Positions 38,180-52,385 of a DNA stretch of 64,000 bases are shown here, piece after piece (position 1 is the first letter of the stretch; each line of letters begins with the position of its first letter). The position numbers and the translations under genes are program-made. The DNA lies in the NCBI GenBank assembly GCA_008632985.1, contig QPGO01000013.1, positions 1 through 64,000 of the forward strand. The letters run 5' to 3'. The notes under the pieces are model-generated. The model made no database searches and was not told the DNA's origin. It was given only the letters and a program-made list of their open reading frames with translations. The DNA comes from Psammoneis japonica (taxonomy: Eukaryota).

Positions 38180-40494
38180 AAGGAAAAATGGTCAAACACA
38201 ATCAACCTTGAAAACACTTGTGGGCCATGCACCGGATCACTTGACGGACACCTGCAGAATGTTTGATCCAATGACAAACAAAATCTTGAACACAAGAGAT
38301 GTTGTCTGGCAACCTTGGACACAAAAACACCCTGTCAAGGATGCAATGACATTCTTTAGAAGACAACCAGCTGCTGCAAAATTGAAAAATGATCCCGAGC
38401 CACCACTGGTCCCCTTGCATGCACCTGTGTCACTGTCTCCAGCAGGGAGGAAAAATGACGAGGAAGGCTCATCACCCATGGAACCAGCCAAGGAAGGCTC
38501 AACACCCACGGAACCAGCCAAGGAAATCACCCAAGGCAAGGGTTTCTTTGCAAATCCTGGAGAAGATTGCACACAAGTTTTTGCCCCAGTCATCAATGAC
38601 ACTTCACTGTGGACTCAGATTGCCTTTTTCCTCTGCAAATCAAAACACACAAACAAGAACTGGACAATGGAACACATGGACATTTTGGCAGCCTTTCCAA
38701 ATGCCAGATCAGACAGACCCACCTTTGTGGAATGGCTGGAAGGCGCTCTTGAAATTGGTCCAGTGTCAGAAGCGGAAAGAGCAAGATGCTGTCTGAGAAA
38801 TGCAAGGGCCACGCATGGAGGATGTGATGCTCCCCAACTGTGGCCAAGGACAGCGACACAGCATCTGATGTCAATCAACCATCGCCCGAGTGCTGTGGAC
38901 CCATGAATCTTCTGTAAAAGAGATGCAAGAGGAAAGATCATTGAAATGATCACACTCTGCATGGACAACATTCTCATCTGCAGTCCACAATCAGAAGTCA
39001 ACAACTTCTGTGATGAGATCAGCAAAAGGTTCACTCTCACACAGCTTGGAAAAATCAGAAAGTGCAAGGGAACCTGGTGGGAATGGTTCAGGGATGAGAA
39101 TGGAGACTCACGTCTTAAGGCTTCAATGGACAAACTGCAACAGGAGATCATCAAACTCCACGAAGAATTCTCTGGAAAACATGCTCAAGAATGTGGGGCA
39201 CCCGGAACTCTTGGCCCAACACTGAGAGAATGGGATGGTGATCCTGTGAAGCAACAAGAGTGCTGAATGTTGGTTGGAAAGGCCTTGTGGTGCATGACCC
39301 AAGTTGCCCCAGACCTTGCCAATGTTTGTCAAGAGCTGTCATCTCATCTCAGTGGGTCAGGCCCAGACCATTGGAAAGAATGTGGATGACTTGTTGGACA
39401 TCTAAAAACCTGAGAGAATGAAGGCCTCATCTACAAAGTGCCTGCTTTTCTGCAAAGTGTGAATTTGTCAGACTCAACCTGTGCATCAGATCCTGATGCA
39501 TGATGGAGTGTCACCGGGATGATCAATGCAATCAGAGGTGCTGTCATTCACTGGTCCTCCAAGAAGCAATCTGCCACTGCCTTGAGCTCAACAGAAAAGC
39601 CGAGCTGGTGGCTGCTGCAGAATGTGGGAAAGAGGCTGTCTACATTGACAAGATTCTGAAGGAGATCATTGGAAAAGATCCCAAACCAGCCATCATCATG
39701 GCAGACAACATGGGAGCAATTTTCCTTGTGAAAAATCATCAAGTCAGATCAAAAACGAAACACCTTGATGTCTGTCTAAACTTTCTCTGAGAAAGAAGAA
39801 GTCAGCTTCTTGTTTGTCACATCAAGACTGAAGACAGAACACAGCAAACATTGAAACCAAGAATCTTTCTCAGACACCTTTCAGCAGACACTCTGTTTCC
39901 ACAAGAAATGCAACAATGAACAAGTTAGCCCAGAAGGTGTGTGATTTGGCTGATGACAAACTCAGCAGGGAGGATGTTGGAATGTCCAATCTCAATGAGC
40001 AAAGATCAGACAACAACACTGAAATCTGTTGGCCAGCCCAAGGCAAGATGACACCCTGGAAACAAAGACTGCCAAGACTTCTTGAAGTCAACACCTCATT
40101 CAACAATGTTGCCAAAGGAGACGTCCATTCTGTCAAACATGACAAGCCAAATTAAACAAAATGAAGACGCATTCTGCATTCTTCAGACAGAAGCTGGAAT
40201 CAATCTTTGCCTCATTCCAACTCTGATGGAGACATCCTGCTAAGGCCGTGTGAACAAGAGAAAAAGCATCAAGACAAAACTGCACACTGCTTTTTGGAGA
40301 AAACATGAAAACTGCATGGGTTGGAATTAGTTTAATTTGAGCACCTTTGAAGTGCTCACAATTTGGATTTGGGGAAAGTTGTGAGACTAAACTTTTACAA
40401 TCTAGATTGTGCCATTGGCAATCCCAGCCCATGTGGAGAGCACAGTTGTCCCTGCACACTGCAGATGGCACAAGAAGTTTTGCAGTGTTCAACA
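38180..40494 (+). mobile_element. Degenerate Ty1/Copia remnant (IN C-term, RT, RNase H, probable 3' LTR 39975-40494)
   Basis: VGHAPDH..DTCRMFDP..KI.NTRDVVW; PGEDCTQVFAPVIND; THGGCDAP; CMDN in place of YVDD; WSSKKQ...LSSTE; DNMGAIFL...RSKTKHLDV. Purine tract AGGGAGGA followed by TGTTG...CAACA. Confidence 0.8.
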
Positions 40495-41299
40495 TGTGTT
40501 GACCATGTGCCTGTTAAACAACTCTGTCAGCAGCGTGCAATTCTTGTGTTGTAAAGTGAAATTATCATCACATGAAGGATTGGTGTTGCTGCATCATTCA
40601 TCTGTGTCACAACAATCTGAACTTTAAAAAACACCAAGCTGACTGTTCAGCCACAAGACATGGATGCTTGAGTCTTAAGTTTTGTCTTTAAGATTGTTTC
40701 TTCTGGCAAGATTTTAGATGCTTTTGTAGTTACCTTTTTTTTCCACTGTGCTGCAATGGCCATGCTGCACAGGCAAAATGGTCTCACCCTTCTTGGGCAC
40801 ATCAGCATTTGCAACAATGCACCAATGTTTCCTGTCAGCATGGTCTCCCACTTTTTGGGCCACACAGCTTTCAGAGAGCTTCATGCATGCACTGCACATC
40901 TGGGTCATTGGATGCCTTCAAGTTGCACAATGTGGGTTCCTCAATTGGCTGCGGTTTGGCTGTGGTCACTGCCAGCAAGAGATGCATGTCCTGGGCAATT
41001 GCCTCATCATGAGGAGTGGTGGAGACATGCAAAACAGTTTTGGGTTGACATTGAAGTTGAGACTCAGTGGCCACAGGGGTCACATGCACTCTTCAACCCA
41101 AGTGAGTGGTGACTGTCAGACTTGACTGTTTTGCTGTTTGTGAGCCTCCTTCTCATTTAACAACATTGAGATCCATGTGTTGACTTTGCAATGGCTGCTT
41201 GCGGGTGTGTCTGCATCACTGGCATGATCCACATCAGCAGTTGATGACAAGGCTGATGCATCTGGGAGTGGAGCTTGATCTGCTGTGTGCTGTCATCTG

Positions 41300-41900
41300 G
41301 CAGTCATGTCTGTCTGGAGCAAATCTAACTCTTGCTTCTTTCTGAAAATGACACTTGACTTGCCATGCTCTGAACTTTGAGGAATGATGGAGAGGATCCT
41401 TTGATGGTCTCAAATGGGTTGTCAGACTTGACATGGCATTGTGAAGAACCAAGTCCTGTCTCCAGGCTGAGGATGTGACCCTGGCTGCAGATTGTTCTTT
41501 TGACACCTGTGTGGGGCATCCAGAGGATGAGAGGGGAAGTGTCACATTTTCAGCTTTTCTTGGACATTGGCTGAGAGCTCTGTGGGTGAATCACATCTTA
41601 GAAATTGAGCTGTGCAGCAGTCACACTCATTGTTGGCACAGCAAACAATGGTGCACAGTCACAAATGGTGGTCAATGGCTTCAGACCAGCAATGGCAAGC
41701 CAGATTGAGTTGTGTTCTTGCTCTTGTCATCTCAGAGATCTTGGACATGTTTGTCTCTCCACCATTTGAAAATGTGCGCTCACTTCACAGTGCATCACAT
41801 GTTGCCATTGCTGACATGCTGATTTGACAAATGCACGCAGCCACTGCTGGCAAAACATCTGCAGCTGGCATGACAGTGTTTTGAGCATTGACTGTGAGAC
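41300..41900 (-). mobile_element. Highly degenerate Copia integrase remnant
   Basis: Minus-strand fragments ARTQLNLACHCWSEAIDHHL and ILSLETGLGSSQCHVKSDNPFET resemble Copia ARTML..RWP.AI..HLW and L...TG.VSPQY/FHV..D..FET. Confidence 0.55.
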
Positions 41901-42214
41901 TGCAAGCACAGGCTCCATGTGCAACTTTGGCACACAGAGAGTTTTTTCAGATGTGATGGACTTTTGCGAATGGGTGGACAAAGAATGCAAAATGTTTGTA
42001 GAGAGCAGGGTGTTTCAAAACAAAGTAATTTCTGTCATTGGCCATGTGCAGTGTTGGGAAGTGCAGTTGTCAGTGCAAGCATCAAATCAGCTGGCAACAA
42101 AAAATTGCTGTCTCAGGGATCATTGCAGATGCAGCCATGGAAGCAGGTTGCAGCAGCATGTGTGTTGATCCAGAGAGACAGCTTTGTTGCCTTGGCAGTC
42201 TCTGTGATTGTTCA

Positions 42215-43700
42215 CACAGCAGATCACATTTAGATCACAGAAAAATGGCAGAAAGACTGCACACACATTGCAAAACCACCACCACAGCCACAGGCATGGC
42301 TTGGTGCATTGTGCAGTGCTGGGAAGCAGCCGCTTTTGCTCTGGAAATCTTTTGTGCCATTGTTTGCTGCAGAGAGAGCAAGATCTGACTCAGCATTGTC
42401 CTTGACAGGGAGGTGCAGTTGTTGGCAAGGTGAGAAGCCCAGCACTCCCGATGCTTGCAACACACTTGTGTGACCATCAACAGCCTTGGTGTGCAGCTGT
42501 TTGTCCTCAGGAGCTGCACTGTGCCCAGCACACTTGCCCCAGAATGAGTGCTTTTTGCATTCATTGGGCAAGATCTTGTGCTTCTGATCATTGTCATGAT
42601 TGCTCCTGGAGTCCTCTTTCATTGGCTTTTTTCCCTTGGAAGCATGATTTGGAGAGCTCGGGGGGGGGGGGGGGGGCATTGTTGGTGGAACATGGTTTCT
42701 TGCATGACTTGACCTCAAAAAGCTCTTCTTCATCTCTGCTTGAAGTGTGAGCCTGTGGTCTCTTGTTCTTTTGCAGGAGCTGCCCACTTTTTAGACTTTG
42801 TGAAGATCTGGGGACAATTCCCTGCCCGCAGAACAGGTGCAGATTTTCAGGTCAGGCCCACCATCACAGCTGCTCCTGCACTTCATGATGACATCCATGC
42901 AAGCATCTGGACTTCTGCTTTGGGCAGAGCATGGCCTTGAGGAGTGCCACACTCTCACACTTGTTTTGTTGCCAATGGTGCGCTGAGCTTCTTTTCCATT
43001 GCCACAATGGTGTTGTTGGAAGGCAGGGTGCCCCAAAACCAAATGAGTGGCAGGCACCAGCAGCTGTTCCAAGCATTTCTTGCTTTTTGGTTGAGGTGGT
43101 TGGCTGGCTGAAACTGTGCAAATTTGCTTGGCTGAGATTTTTGAAGGCTGTGCTTTTGGCCCACATCATGCCTTTGCTCTTGGCCAAAGCAGAAGGAGCC
43201 ATGACTTCATTGACATCAGCTGTTGTTGCCAGAGTGTTGTTCCAGCCAAAGGTTTTGATGGCAAGTTCTTTGAGAAAGATGGAGATGTCGGCAAACTCAA
43301 GACCAAACTGGGCACTCAGCAGCTTGGCAGCGGATTCTAAAAAAATGGGCACATCACCCTTTTCTGTGCTGCAGCCTGCTGGTGTGTCAGCAAAAGGACC
43401 TGCAGGGTTGGAGCTGCAGATGTTGCTGCAGGCACAAGCAAGTCATTTGCAACAGGCTGGACAGCCACCCATGTGGCCTGAGCAATGGCACTCACAACCA
43501 CGCCAGTGCCCAAAACAATGGGGTCACATTTTGAAGCAGTGGAGCACAATGTTGTGTTGGTTTTGTCATGCAGCACACATCATGTTGGCTCTGAGAGAAG
43601 GTTGCTGGCTTGGCTGAGAACACTTCATTGCAGAGAAAGTGTGTGAGTTGGCAGTTTGATCAGAGCCAGATGAGACAACTGGCTTGGCAAAGAAAACAGG
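42215..43700. repeat. Dispersed repeat family member sharing collinear blocks with 55285-56320
   Basis: CACAGCAGATCACATTTAGA.CACAGAAAAATG.CAGAAAGACTG (42215 vs 55287), GCAAAAGGACCTGCAG (43390 vs 56016) and TGTTGGCTCTGAGAGAAG...CTTCATTGCAGAG (43582 vs 56211). Confidence 0.75.
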
Positions 43701-45496
43701 TGAACCACCACAAAAATTGTGATTGTGTCTGAATTTGGTGGAGAGGACTCTAAAACAAAAAAATTGTCTTCCCAACAAATGTTTGAGATGTCTTGGACAG
43801 TTTGGGAGGCACAGGATCAACAATTGGCCCAGCCAGACACAAACAGTTGATCACGTCTTGTCGTGTGACCAACCCAAAATCACAACAATGATGTGCTGTA
43901 ACATGGTGGAGTGCAATCATCCCTCCATCATCTGCCTGGTCATTTGAAATGGCCCTGCAATGTTAAAATAACTCGCAACATTCCACCGTCACTTTTCAGG
44001 TGGCAAAAAGCAACAACAACTTGTTTGCTCCTCTGTTCCATTCATTTGGGTCCACCAGGATGAGTGTTGTCCAGCAACTGTGCATTCCAACTCAGTCAAA
44101 GGCATCTTTCTTGGATGCCTCCCCAACACTGCCAAGAATGTCATGTGGTGTGACCATGCCATGTCTTGTGTCAAGGTGGACAAGCACTCCCATTGCAGTG
44201 AGGGTGTGAATGACCTCCCACAAGACAAAAAATGCTCTGAATGCCATTCACATGCAATGTGCTCAGAATGGTGAACCCTTCCCAGCCAAAACAACTGAAT
44301 CCACTGTGGAGAAATTTCACTTCACTGGCAATCCCTTTTCAAAGACACTTGCCTGCAAGATGAAACGCCCCCTGTTGGATGCCCCATTTGGCATGAGCAT
44401 CACCACAGATGCATTGTTCAACCGTGCCCATCTGGGTTCTTGGTGCACACATTGTTCCAGTCAATGGTGTTGATGTCTTCACTCAAGATCAGGTGATTGC
44501 TGGACTCCATTGCCTCCATGACAGGGGCACCCCAGAATTTGACATTGTCTTTGCTCCAGAGTGCCTTCTTGACTCCACATGTTGTCCACAAGCAACGCAC
44601 CCTGGGCCTGATTGAACACAACATTTTCTCCCCCCCCCCCCCTGCCAAGGAAGAAGAGGAACATGGTCTGGAATTGACCATGGCTGACATGTGTGCTGTT
44701 GCAGAGTTGCGGTTCCTGGATGTTGATCTTTCCACTGTGGATGACGTGGATCCCAAGTTCTTGCCTGCAATTGATCTGGATGCTGGCACCTTCAGCATTT
44801 TTGCTCTCTCGTCTCATGCAGTGACCCCCAAGGAATGGCAGCTGGATGGTTTTACCCACAATTGCCTCAAGAAACTCCCCACTTGGTGTCTTTGGTGTGA
44901 TGGTGAATTCAAGCAATTGGACCATTTTCATGCACTGGGTGTGTTGGAAAACCCATTCCCCACCCTCCAGGTGCTGTTGTCCTTCATCCCCACTGGCAAT
45001 GCAGTGTCAAGAGGATGGCACACGTCAATCATGCCACTGTTGTGATGGATCCCCTTGCACCGCCCTGCTCTGCATTGCCTCCAGCCAGTCCACATGTGCT
45101 CTTCTTGTGTGGAACAACCTGTTCAACAGCTGTTCATTGCTCTCTCAGCTTCCATGGCCTGCCAAACACATGCTGGAGATGCACAGGATGACTCCCTTGT
45201 GGTGTGTCCAAATGGACAAAGCCTGTGCCTCTTGGTGCAAGGGCTGTTTTGGCATGGACCTGGATTGGTCGATGGTGCCCCTGATCCTCCATGCACTGCA
45301 GGGACATTCTGAATCAAATGTCCCATGGGAGACCCACATCAACAGCACATTGATGAATGCAAAGCTCCTTTTTTGGAATGTGACACACAACAACTGCACT
45401 TGTGCTGGTGCTTTTGAAGGCAAACATGTTCTCCTTCTATGGAGGGGATGATTTTGCGATTGCATGTCCAGAGGAATCCATTGCAGTCAAGATTTA

Positions 45497-48400
45497 TGAC
45501 AGAAAATGAAGATGACTGGGTGGAAGAAAACAACAACTCCTCACTGCTGTCTGAACAGCAGATGAGTCTCCATGCAGAGACCGTCACAGGAGCCGAAAGA
45601 CTGGTGTCGTGACATTGGTGCTGCTGTCATCATTCTTGTGAGCCGTGTGGCTCAAAAGCAAACTACATCGCACGACGTGCACGGAACTAAAAGAGCACAC
45701 ACAATTGTGTGTGACAAACTAAAATCTTGTTCAAATCCTGTCACTCCCCAGTTTGCTTGAGGGGTCAACAGCGACAGATTCGAAGTCAGATTGGTTGAAA
45801 GCCTCGGGGTCAAAGTTCCAAAACATTAGAGGATGAAGGAGGTTCCAGACTTGGGAGTGACCCCAATGCTTGCTGAGGATGTCAGCCGGGTTGCGGGAGC
45901 CTTCGACAAAATGAAACTCGAGGAATCCAGGAGGCAATCGCCTCACGCACACGATGGAACGAGAGGGCGGTGTGTCGCTTGTGTAACTTGGAGTGCGGGA
46001 TGGCAGCACTGTCCACAACCGACTTGTTGTCCCCAAACATGCAACATGTTTCACGAATGGGAACGCCAAGGCAACGTAAAGTGGTGTGCAGATCAATGAT
46101 CTGCTCAACACATGTCCTTGCGGCAACAAACTCGGATCCACACGCAGCAGTCTCGACAATTGCTTGTTTCTTAGAGAGCCAATCAGCCAGAAACTTGTTG
46201 AGGAAATGGAGGATGCCGGTGACAGAGCGTCCAGTGAGCATGCAATGGAACAAGTTCGCATCAACGCAGTGCATGGTGGTGATGAACTTGCCAAGCGGCT
46301 CGGGCGCATCTTGCGGGAGCAGCTCTTCTACCTCCCCACACACGGATTGAGCCCAATCGCACATGGGCTTGGGGAGGTCCGAACAGTCGGGCTCCTCAGT
46401 GCGCACTTGAAGGGCGCCATGATGCATCTTGGAGAGGAATCCGCAGATGCATTTGGCACGGTCTAGGTGGCCTTGACGGGGCACTGCGCGGAAGCCAGAC
46501 AGGGACATGACAGCCGCAGTGGTGTCAATGTGACCCAGAGATGCGGCCCATTGCAGGGATCCAATCAAGGATTGGAGTTGGTGGATGCCGCCTGGTTTGA
46601 GTGACTCGGAAGTGTCAAGCTCAGGGTGGTCACCCTTGTCAAGGGGTGAAAGCACATCAGTGTGGGGCTTCTCCCCAAAGAGGTGCACGCAGTTGTCAAT
46701 GATGCGCTCAGTGCACTTGCGGGGAGCAAGGCACAGGGTGCCGTCTGGGTCATGGGTGAAGTCGCAGCCAAGATGGAACTCCAATGGTCCAGTGCCCTTG
46801 AGCTTGAACTTGTGCTTCTCTGTGAGGGTGTCTGCAAAAGCCTGGGGGACCTTCATGGCGAAGGCCAGGTCGTCCACATGCACTGCCACGTGTTCGCAGT
46901 GGTCACCATTCCTGTGCAGCCAGATGTCGGGTTCGGCCTTGCATGGGAAGAAGCCTTCAGCACGCAAGCAATCAGCAAAGCGCTCATGCCATCTGAGGCC
47001 GGAGCTGCGGAGTCCACACAAGGCCTTGTGGATGACAAGGATGTGTCCTTCCAGGTCACCAAACTCGGGGCCTGCCATGATGTACAGTTTCTCCTTGGTT
47101 GCAGCTTCAAGGCAGGCATTCCCAATGTCAGTGGCCCAGGTCTCTAGTTCATTGAGTTCGCCCAGGAAGATCATCATTCGCAGGCCACGGAGGGACACCA
47201 CTCCGGAACAGACACTGTCAACGGGCACGTCTGTGAGGTGTCCATCGGCAACAAGCCTTGCTTTGTGCCGTCCGTCATGTTTGACGTCACAGACGAGATG
47301 CACCCGGATCTTCTTGTGTCCTGATGGAGCACTGGAATCCTTGTGGTGTCCGCAGTCGTGGAAGACCTCGCACTCATCAAGTTGAGTCATCTCAAGGTCC
47401 GTTGCATCTCCCCACTTGCGGTTGCCATTGCGCTCATCAAGGGCCATGGCATGCTTGCAGTCCCGTGGCACTTCATGCCCGCACTTGCATCATGGCGCAG
47501 TGCGAAAGGAGCGCAACTTGGCTTGGTTGGCCATGCGGAATGGCTTCTTCTGACGAAGTGCTGTCTTGCAAAAACATCTCCATCCTTTGGTTTCTAGGAG
47601 GCCGTGCTCACGCGCGTAGATGGCGCAGGTGACGGGGTCGTCCTTGGCAATGATGGCAAGGGGTTCGGACGTGATCTCCCCATTCTCCCATTCAAGCATG
47701 ACGTTGTGGCTTGAGCCTTTCCAAGAGGGATCATGGGGTTGCAATGGTCCTTTGTGAGATGCGATGCATTGGAACTTCCAGAGAGTTGAGTCCTCATCTT
47801 CTTGCTCAATGTGGTGCATGATGTCATTGCAGGCTGGGACTTCCTGCACTCATCATTGTTGACAGAGCAAATGAACTTGACCAGTTCAGGATTGCCTCCG
47901 ATTTTCCAGTCGTGGTCCTCAAAGGCTTTGATGATGCGGGCTCTGTGGCATTGTCCATCCTCTTGTGGCTTCATGAGGAAGGTGCGTCCTTTGATGTCCT
48001 CGGGGTCAAAGACCGGCATTTTGGGCATCCTGATTGCCTCCCCATCTGGTGAATCTGGTGAATTCTCGGAGTCGTGGCGGGATTTGATGACAGGGTCAGC
48101 AGATTCCTTGTCAGGAGGATCAAGACGCAGGTTTGGAGCAGACGGATCACGGGCGGAGCGCACATTGGAACGGCAGAGAATCTTCTGAGTGTCGTCAGAA
48201 AGAATCTTAAACGTCATTTGGTGACCAACGTGTTTGGCAATGCCAACGAAGTGACCACGTAATTCACGGGATTTGGATGGCCAGTCGGAATCATCCAGGT
48301 GGCAGCACACGGGTTCCCACCATTGAAAGTGGAGGAGCGGGCTGATGTCGGGGGTAGAGCCAGACAGCACCTCGGTGGGGGTGCGCCAGTGGAGCTTGGC

Positions 48401-51400
48401 GGATGCCGTGTGGTTGAGCACAAAACACACGCAGATCAGGGCGAGCAGCCAGGTGCAAGCTGGGGACCCGAAGCAATCCATGATGGTGTTGGCCATGGTC
48501 TTCACAGTTTGGCAGCGGCGTTCAGCAAAATTCTGATGCTGGTGGTGAGGCTCACTTTGCCAGCTAGAGATGAAGAGGGCACGAAGGATGCCAAGAACCT
48601 TGTTGCTGATCTCAACCTGAGCACGGTCGCTGATGAGCTTGGACGGGGCACCGCGATTACGAATGCTGTCTTCAAGGGTGTTGACAAATTCTTTGTCAGT
48701 GTTGGTGCCACACACGTCAGTGACAAGAGATTCCATGCCGACAAAGAGCTGGGCGCTGGTGCAGCCAGAGTCAATGGCAGGGGCGTCGGAGCAGACCGTG
48801 TCGGTGGCAATGGGTTCATTGCGTCAGTGGACATTGAGAGCCGGGTTGGGTGATTTGTGTGCCTTTTTCAGGTGCGTGCTGGCTGGCATGCGGGCACACT
48901 GCGTCGTGCAATCAAAAGTGTGGTGGACAGTGTCCTTTGGGAGAAAACCAAAGTGGGGGCGGAGGGACTCAAAGTCGGGATCCTTGGGATTGAGTTTGCG
49001 CTCATGGCATTCACAGAAGAAATGAGATGTCGGGAGCAGGTGATCATCAAGGACAGAGTCTGTAAGCAAGGCGTTGTTGACGACATGGCGGTGACGACAG
49101 TTGCCGAACTCATCGATGAGGTTCGCAGTCGGGTCGTCTTGCAGGTCAGACACGGCATCATGCCATGTCTCCTCGTCCGTGAACTGGTGGTCAAGGACAG
49201 ATGGATCCCATGTGTCATCACCAGTGAGAATGACATGCGGCAGAGTGTCCCATTTGGTGTCAGTGTGCAGGTGCATGGCGATGTGCGGGAGGCCGGCTTT
49301 GGCATCAATGGGAATGATGCATCCATCAATGGTGGTGAGGCGCTGCAGACCATTGGGGACCTTGATGGACCGATTGTTGACATCGTGTTTGCACCACTCG
49401 AGTTGGCCACAAGAGTGCATTGTCTTCCCCTTTCCAGTGTGGGTGTGCTGGTGAAGGATGGCAATGGCAGGGCCGCGTTGCATGTGGATGACACTGCCGG
49501 CAGTGACAATGGGGATGTCGACCAGTTGATGATCGTTGATGCCTTGGACGTCAACCTGGTGACCAGTGCGGGCAATGACACAAACATCATCACCGGCAAC
49601 ACCGCCGTTTGCACCACGATCCACGAGAGCGCCTTTGCGAGTTGACTTGTGGGTCGAGGCAGAGTGGATGACATTGTGGTTGTTGACGCGACGGCATTTG
49701 TGGCCGTTGATCTCAATGTCAGTGTCATTGGGCTTCACGTTGGAATGGACGAAAGGTGCAGAGCCGGGTGGTTTCTCGCCAGAATGGGCGGAAGGAGGCT
49801 GTTCAGGTGCCAGGAGATGTTGCAAGTCGCCGGGTGGCAGAGGCTTGTGCCTGGTGAGATGAGCCAGAATGGGGTTAGCATCGGCTGCATTGGCTGCAGC
49901 GTCGGATTGTGCCAAGGCTGACGCAAGATTGTGAGTGTTGGCGGACAAGTTGACATCGCCATCACTGCCAATGTGGAGGTCATGCAGGTTGACCACCATC
50001 AAGTCATGGCAGTTGCCCGTGTGGGCGGTGCGCGAGCCAAGAATGATGGCCTTGGTGGGCTGGGGCAAGGTGTCCCAAATGCGCTGGTGGTCCGGCGGAA
50101 TGTGACGCCATTGTTCCCTGGTGAGGGAGTTGCCACGGGTCTGTGCAGCACAAGCTTGTGTGACGTCAACATCACTGTCGATGTCGAAGAATGCATCATC
50201 ATCAGGGTCGTCAGGAACCAGGTCATGTTCGTAGATGGCACGGCGCAGAGCGTGAGGAGCCGTCTTGGGGGCGAACGTGCTGTCGCACTGTGCTGCAGCA
50301 GAAAGCAGGAGTCCACAGTGCTCTTCGTAAGAGAGTCCCTTTCCATTCTGCGTGCGAAACTGATCGGCCTGATTCTTCACCGAATGGAGTTCCTCGATGG
50401 GATGTGCGGCGTTCTCAAGCATGACACGTTTCTGGCCAGCAGAAAAATGGTCCGCACCCGGGATGAGAGCTTCATGCTTGTGGAGCTGGTCCTGCCAGTG
50501 GAGCACAAAGGCATGAGTGAGCCCTTTCCAGGTGCCATCACTGAGGCAAGCAGTGGCGAGGTACGTGAGAAGGGTCGAGGACTCCAGGGATGTGCGAGTG
50601 GAAGTGAGGGCATGCTTGGAAAGGTCACGACACACCGCTTGAGCATCAGAGGAGCTGACGTGTTGACGAACAAGAGCCTTGCCTTTGTCATTCTGCAAGA
50701 TCCATTCAAATGCGGCGAACATGCACTTCTGTTGTTCAGCAAACAAGGCCTTGTCCTCAGCTGTGGAGGGCTTGTACATCGGGTCAAGAATGCGTGTGAC
50801 ATCTTGGGAGCGGGCCTGTGCAATGATGGAGGTGTGCCACATGTGCCACTGTTTGTCAGACTTGAGAAGCGCGAAGGTGAGTGGGTCACGTTTGATGCCT
50901 TGTTTAAAGTCACGCACGGGATCATGTGGTTTGGGTGGCAACGAGCCAGGAGTGGGAGCAGATGGTGCTGCACCCATGGAGAGGGACGCCACACACTCAG
51001 GACTAAGACGACAGTTGGTGAACTCCTCTTGTGTGAACAATTGAGGGTCATTGCTGACATCCGCGCCGCCATGCGCTTTTGCCGTGTGCAGGCTAATCAA
51101 TGCAGCTGTCTGTGCTTTGTAACCACGTGGCAAAGGCATTTGATTGGTTCCGTCATTGCACACAAGGGCATCCAATTGCAACGGAGCAAAAGTGAAAAGG
51201 TCCTGATGCAAATCGGTTCCATCAATGTTGAGAGTGGAGCGCAATGGACTGTCTGCGGCTTGATTCAGAACAGTGCCTAGAATGTGCTCGAGGCCATCGA
51301 TTTGTTGTTGCCTGGTGAGAACCATTTTGGAACTGGGTGGATGTCGGAACTGGCCAGAGTCGGGGGGTGAGCTTGAAATGACTTGAAACTTGACTTGAAT

Positions 51401-52385
51401 CTTGGCTTGATGTCTTGGACTATCTTGAGAGTCAGAAGCCGCTGGGCTGTGACATCCTGTTCGTAGTCAAGTGCTGAGCTTCCCATCCGGTCCGTAGAGT
51501 TGTGCCGGCACGTCCGAACCCGCAGCTGGCGACGCTTTGGGTTGCTTGAGAGTGGAGCAACGGGTTAAAAACCCCTGCTGACAAGCTGGCTGGAGGTGGA
51601 CAAGACCTCCAAACCGTTCTTGTTTTATGTCGGTTGGATGACCCGATCAGGCCAGCCAAATTTGGTGCTGTGGAGGGACAAACAAATGTGGGAAATGCAC
51701 CCTCGCCCCAATGCAGGCTGTGACCATGAATTGCTTCCTCTCACAGTTGTCCTCGTGGACCCCTGCAGGACTGTAGAAGACCAGCAATCCAGCGCAGATA
51801 CGAGGCGGTAGACTTGGTGTGCGTGGAGCAGAGCCAGAGTCAGGGATTTGTGTCGTGTGCGCGTGAACGCGTGCGGATGTGTTGGCAGGATCCGCTGTGA
51901 GGAATCCGGAATCTCGGATGTCTGAGAATTCAGGAATTCCTGGCCAAACAAATGTCCGTTGAACAAACACATCCAACGATGGGAGGCATCGGATAAATCC
52001 AAACATGCAGATTTAATCCAGCATCCAGCAGTGAAGAAGGTAGATGTGCACTTCCACCGCCAACGGTGCGCGTCATCGAAAATTTCTCGATGATGATGAT
52101 GAATGCTCAACGGACAATGAAGAGCAAGACTGTCAATCTGACAGAAAATGAAGATGACTGGGTGGAAGAAAACAATGGCTCCTCACTGCTGTCTAAACAG
52201 CAGATGAGTCTCCATGCAGAGACCGTCACAGGAGCCGAAAGACTGGTGCCATGATGTCGGTGCTGCTGTCATCATTCTTGTGAGCCGTGTGGCTCGAAAG
52301 CAAACTGCATCACGCGACGTGCGTGGAACTAAAAGAGCACACACAATTGTGTGTGACAAACTAAAATCTTGTTCAAATCCTGTCA
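45497..52385 (-). mobile_element. Full-length Ty1/Copia (CoDi-like) LTR retrotransposon, copy B (related subfamily of copy A)
   Basis: 247-bp LTRs at 45497-45743 and 52139-52385 with TGACAG...CTGTCA ends. TSD ATTTA (45492-45496) / ATTTG (52386-52390). Same PPT and post-LTR sequence (GATTGACAGTCTTGCTC) as copy A. Confidence 0.95.
45731..51325 (-). pseudogene. gag-pol polyprotein of Copia copy B (frameshifted, Tyr-depleted)
   Basis: Start MVLTRQQQ as in copy A; LVDRGANGG; ISDRAQVE; DVKHDGRHKARLVA; KALCGLRSSG; HVDD; NPADILSK; ends GSDRI*. Confidence 0.93.

Noticed and set aside
15903..52385. ADAR-type RNA editing or RT error during retrotransposition
   Set aside because: It would give A>G on one strand only and identical LTRs. 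Here both strands are hit, LTRs and a TSD differ, and a TIR element is affected.
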